From Spirochaetia bacterium (GTDB lineage: Bacteria > Spirochaetota > Spirochaetia > UBA9216): a stretch of 64,000 nucleotides of DNA. The notes below the pieces were generated by a model. The model was not told the origin of the DNA and ran no database searches. It worked only from the letters and a program-made list of their open reading frames with translations. Below are positions 61,016 through 64,000 of this stretch, in pieces (position 1 is the first letter of the stretch; every line of letters begins with the position of its first letter). The position numbers and the translations under genes were made by a program. The DNA lies in contig OZ223265.1 in assembly GCA_965140585.1 (NCBI GenBank), positions 64,001 to 128,000 on the forward strand, in the 5' to 3' direction.

Positions 61016-63084
61016 ATTTCCGGTTTATAATATCCTGATTTTTCTCTTCCGCTACGGTTGAAAAGAAAGGCCTCAACCTCAATGGGAATGTAATCATCCG
61101 GAGAGACATTAATAAACATCGACCTGAAACCAAGAGTATAACTTCCATCAGGTTTGCCGTTTATCATCTCGACAAGACCTCTCAGACCTTCAGGACGGTA
61201 AAGATAAATTATTTCCCCACCGGTTTGCTCACACAGATATTGATATCCGGCATCAGGTTCTGTCTTGTTATTCAATGTTATACAGTAAAAACTGATTCCG
61301 TTATTCAGCATATAATCAGCAAGCTCGATAGGATGAAACTGCTCAAATGTATAGTTCGAAGAACCTCCGTCAGTAATATAGACAATCGACCTGCGTCCCC
61401 GGCCGGGAATCAACTCAGAAACAGCATGCCTGAGCCCTAGATCGAATCTGGCATCAGAAGAATAAATCTCAGACTTAGCCACGGAATCAAGCAGATTCCT
61501 CACACCTTCACCCGGATTATTCTCTGTTGCCGGATTGCTTCCTGAAGATATAAGCCGCAGTGAAGCCTGGCCTTCAACCGTGTCATAGAGAGAGCTGACA
61601 GCTTTTACTGAATCATCTACATATGCGGACATTGACTCTCTGCAGTCAAGAAGTACGGCAATATTCGATCTGCTGACAGTGTTCCCGCTGAAAAGAAGAT
61701 TTACATCCGAAGCCTGATAGTTATTATCAGTTAATACAAAATTGTTGGGAAGAAGACCTACAAATGGGACACCCAGTCGATCCTGAACCCTAATATCTAC
61801 AGTTATTTCAGGAAAACGTGAAGAGTCAACCCTGTCAATCTGAACAAAAAGGCCTGAATAAAGGTTTGCCATTTCAGTTAGGACAGTCACAGCATTGCGA
61901 TCAAAGTCAGCGGTAAGAAGATTATTATTTGAATCAACTACAGCCTTCATAACCTTATCACCTTCACCTTCCAGTTCTGAGACCATTGTGACCATACCGG
62001 TTTCGGTGTTCAGATTCATTATTCTGGTTGAATCGGCAACAAAGAGATTATCCGGTGATTTAATCGACAAGCCTTCAGGCTTGTTAAATTTACCCTGAGC
62101 AAGTACTGAAATATAGTTTCCGCTTTGGTCGAATACTGTTACCGAACCGTTTCTGGCATCAGCCACATATACAAAACCGCTGCTGCAGGCAATGCCGGTA
62201 GGATAGCCGAGACCTTTAAAATTATAGGTTTTTGTACCAAAATCAAGTATGTAATTCCCATCGGAATCGAATTTAACAACACGGCGGTTTCCGGAATCGG
62301 TAACATAAAGATAGCCCTTTTCATCGAAAGCCATAAACTGAGGACCAAGAAGCTGCCCTTCACCACGGCCTGTTTCACCGAAACGGATTAATTCCCTGCC
62401 GGAAACCGTACAGCGGGTAATTCGATCCCCATTGAACTCACTGACATACACAAGACCGTTATCGCCAATCAAAACGTCAAATGGATGGTTAAAACCTTCA
62501 AGACCTCCGTTTAGACGTCCGGTAACTGCAGCGTTAGAATTAAATCTGAGAATTTCATTTGTTCCATATGATGAAAGAAAAAAGCCGCCGTTTTTATCGG
62601 GATAGATCGAGGAGGGTCTTTTAAAAAGGCTGTAATCCGGAAGATCACCGCTAAGGTTCAGAGCGTTAAGATATCGTCCGGAGGGGGCAAACGAGCCTTC
62701 TATACCGGTTTTCTGCTCAAGAATATCAAGACGGTTCAAAAGAATGGAATCAGCTTTCCCAGCCGATGAAAGAGTGCTCCATATATTTAAAGCTTCATCA
62801 GTAAATCCGGATCTGTACCAGGACAGACCCAGCCACTGCTGATAATCCGCATTCTCAGGTTTATATGTCAGCGCCCTTTCAAAAGCACGCGCAGCTTCGG
62901 CAAAAATCCCTCTGTGGTAGGCCTTTACCCCCCACTTGAATTCTTCCGAAGCGCTGAGCTGATCAAGATCAATTTTATCCTGTGAGTAAATATTCTGACC
63001 GATTAAAAAAATAGAAAAAATCAGAAGAAATAGAAATCTGCAGCTGCTTGATAATCCGGTTTTTTTCACAGGAAAAGTATACAC
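61012..63084 (-). CDS. Exported TPR + NHL-repeat + vWA-like protein
   Basis: Signal peptide, TPR, YVTDSGNRRVVKFD..G repeats, C-terminal YITDG. Confidence 0.82.
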   Translation of the reverse strand: MYTFPVKKTGLSSSCRFLFLLIFSIFLIGQNIYSQDKIDLDQLSASEEFKWGVKAYHRGIFAEAARAFERALTYKPENADYQQWLGLSWYRSGFTDEALNIWSTLSSAGKADSILLNRLDILEQKTGIEGSFAPSGRYLNALNLSGDLPDYSLFKRPSSIYPDKNGGFFLSSYGTNEILRFNSNAAVTGRLNGGLEGFNHPFDVLIGDNGLVYVSEFNGDRITRCTVSGRELIRFGETGRGEGQLLGPQFMAFDEKGYLYVTDSGNRRVVKFDSDGNYILDFGTKTYNFKGLGYPTGIACSSGFVYVADARNGSVTVFDQSGNYISVLAQGKFNKPEGLSIKSPDNLFVADSTRIMNLNTETGMVTMVSELEGEGDKVMKAVVDSNNNLLTADFDRNAVTVLTEMANLYSGLFVQIDRVDSSRFPEITVDIRVQDRLGVPFVGLLPNNFVLTDNNYQASDVNLLFSGNTVSRSNIAVLLDCRESMSAYVDDSVKAVSSLYDTVEGQASLRLISSGSNPATENNPGEGVRNLLDSVAKSEIYSSDARFDLGLRHAVSELIPGRGRRSIVYITDGGSSNYTFEQFHPIELADYMLNNGISFYCITLNNKTEPDAGYQYLCEQTGGEIIYLYRPEGLRGLVEMINGKPDGSYTLGFRSMFINVSPDDYIPIEVEAFLFNRSGREKSGYYKPEI

Positions 63085-63087
63085 CTG

Positions 63088-63258
63088 TTATGCAAATATA
63101 TCTACCTTCCTCTCCTGACGGTTTACAGGCAGATCACTTCTGATCCCCAGAAATAGAATGGTTTTAATATCATCGGCTGCTACAACTTCTTTACTGTTTC
63201 TTAAAGTCTCAGGAGGTCTGACATATGTACTTATAGAACTTTCTACACGCATTATCAT
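63088..63258 (-). CDS. Small hypothetical protein (56 aa) absent from ORF track
   Basis: GGAG SD; MIMRVESSISTYVRPPETLRNSKEVVAADDIKTILFLGIRSDLPVNRQERKVDIFA; fills the gap between neighbours. Confidence 0.7.
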   Translation of the reverse strand: MIMRVESSISTYVRPPETLRNSKEVVAADDIKTILFLGIRSDLPVNRQERKVDIFA

Positions 63259-63308
63259 GTCTCCACACTTAAATTTTCGACAATTTAATGCATGTGATAA
63301 GTAAAATT

Positions 63309-64000
63309 TTACCTCGCTCTGAGCTTTTTTTTCCGTTCTATATCATCAAGAACTGTACGCAAATGAGCCGAAATTGTTTTATTGCTGCCGGCCAGTTCAA
63401 AAGCCCGCTTTAGATAATGTCTGGCCTCGTCATTCTTTCCCGCTCTGTAAAAAGCCCAGCCCAGTGAATCGAGATACGCAGGATTATCAGGGTTGAGCTT
63501 TACAGCCTTTTTACAGTATTCAACAGCTTGATCGATATTCATTTTTTTGTCAGCAAGAATATAGCCCAGTGAATTAATAGCATTGGCGTTTGTGCTGTCG
63601 AGCTTTATTGCCTTATTCAGGCAGTCTATAGCTTTTTCATGCTTACCGGCTTCAAAATAAATAAAGCTGTAGTTTGCATAAACCTGGGGAGACTCGAAAC
63701 CTTCATCAAGAAGTTTCTTTAACTCAAATTCAGCCAGTTTTATACGTCCGGTGACAGTATAAATATAGCTTAATATCATCCTGCTTTGATATATCCTGAG
63801 AATATTGTCATGATTATTTACTACAGACTCAAGGTACAACAGGGCTTCATCCCAGTCTTCAATCTTTGCATAGCATAAGCCTAGGTAGTAGGATAAATCC
63901 GGAATATCAAGCGGAGTTTCGCTTACTTTTAAAAACGATGAGACAGCCTGACGGTACTTCTGATTTTTATATAACTGCTTGCCTTCCTGAAAATGATCCG
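63309..64000 (-). CDS. TPR protein (5' end outside window)
   Basis: NSLGY..AYLDSLGW; frame stays open upstream of 63839 to the window edge. Confidence 0.88.
   Translation of the reverse strand, partial: DHFQEGKQLYKNQKYRQAVSSFLKVSETPLDIPDLSYYLGLCYAKIEDWDEALLYLESVVNNHDNILRIYQSRMILSYIYTVTGRIKLAEFELKKLLDEGFESPQVYANYSFIYFEAGKHEKAIDCLNKAIKLDSTNANAINSLGYILADKKMNIDQAVEYCKKAVKLNPDNPAYLDSLGWAFYRAGKNDEARHYLKRAFELAGSNKTISAHLRTVLDDIERKKKLRAR

Noticed and set aside
2091-62391. Long antisense or overlapping ORFs in the track (e.g. 2799-3662, 38223-38873, 40841-41446)
   Set aside because: They are shadows of well-supported genes on the opposite strand, with no motifs of their own.

Overview
Chromosomal segment of an anaerobic bacterium, probably a Spirochaetales member; this is inferred from gene content and protein style (PilZ, HD-GYP and MCP signalling genes, alpha2-type GlyRS, NHL/TPR proteins). 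The right half (about 34.8-64 kb) is mostly housekeeping: tyrS, glyQS, gltX, an aminotransferase, a nucleoside kinase, a YtrA-ABC operon, clpS-clpA-aat, a carboxyltransferase and GTP-PEPCK. The left half is accessory-rich. It holds an RNHCP-RsgA operon behind an unannotated 17-codon leader ORF with attenuator-like pairings, a TM1266-ABC operon behind an orphan SD-switch leader, and a yybP-ykoY riboswitch on a Ca2+/Na+ antiporter. It also holds a structured intergenic sRNA candidate, a decayed LysR/flavin-oxidoreductase pair, and a GntR/B12-domain/MFS/AOR catabolic island with repeated operators. Further along are an octamer-repeat-disrupted gene and a sigma-R4-HTH/HNH nuclease beside a collapsed integron-integrase remnant. 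No rRNA, tRNA or CRISPR array was seen. All family calls come from motif recognition by eye, not database searches.
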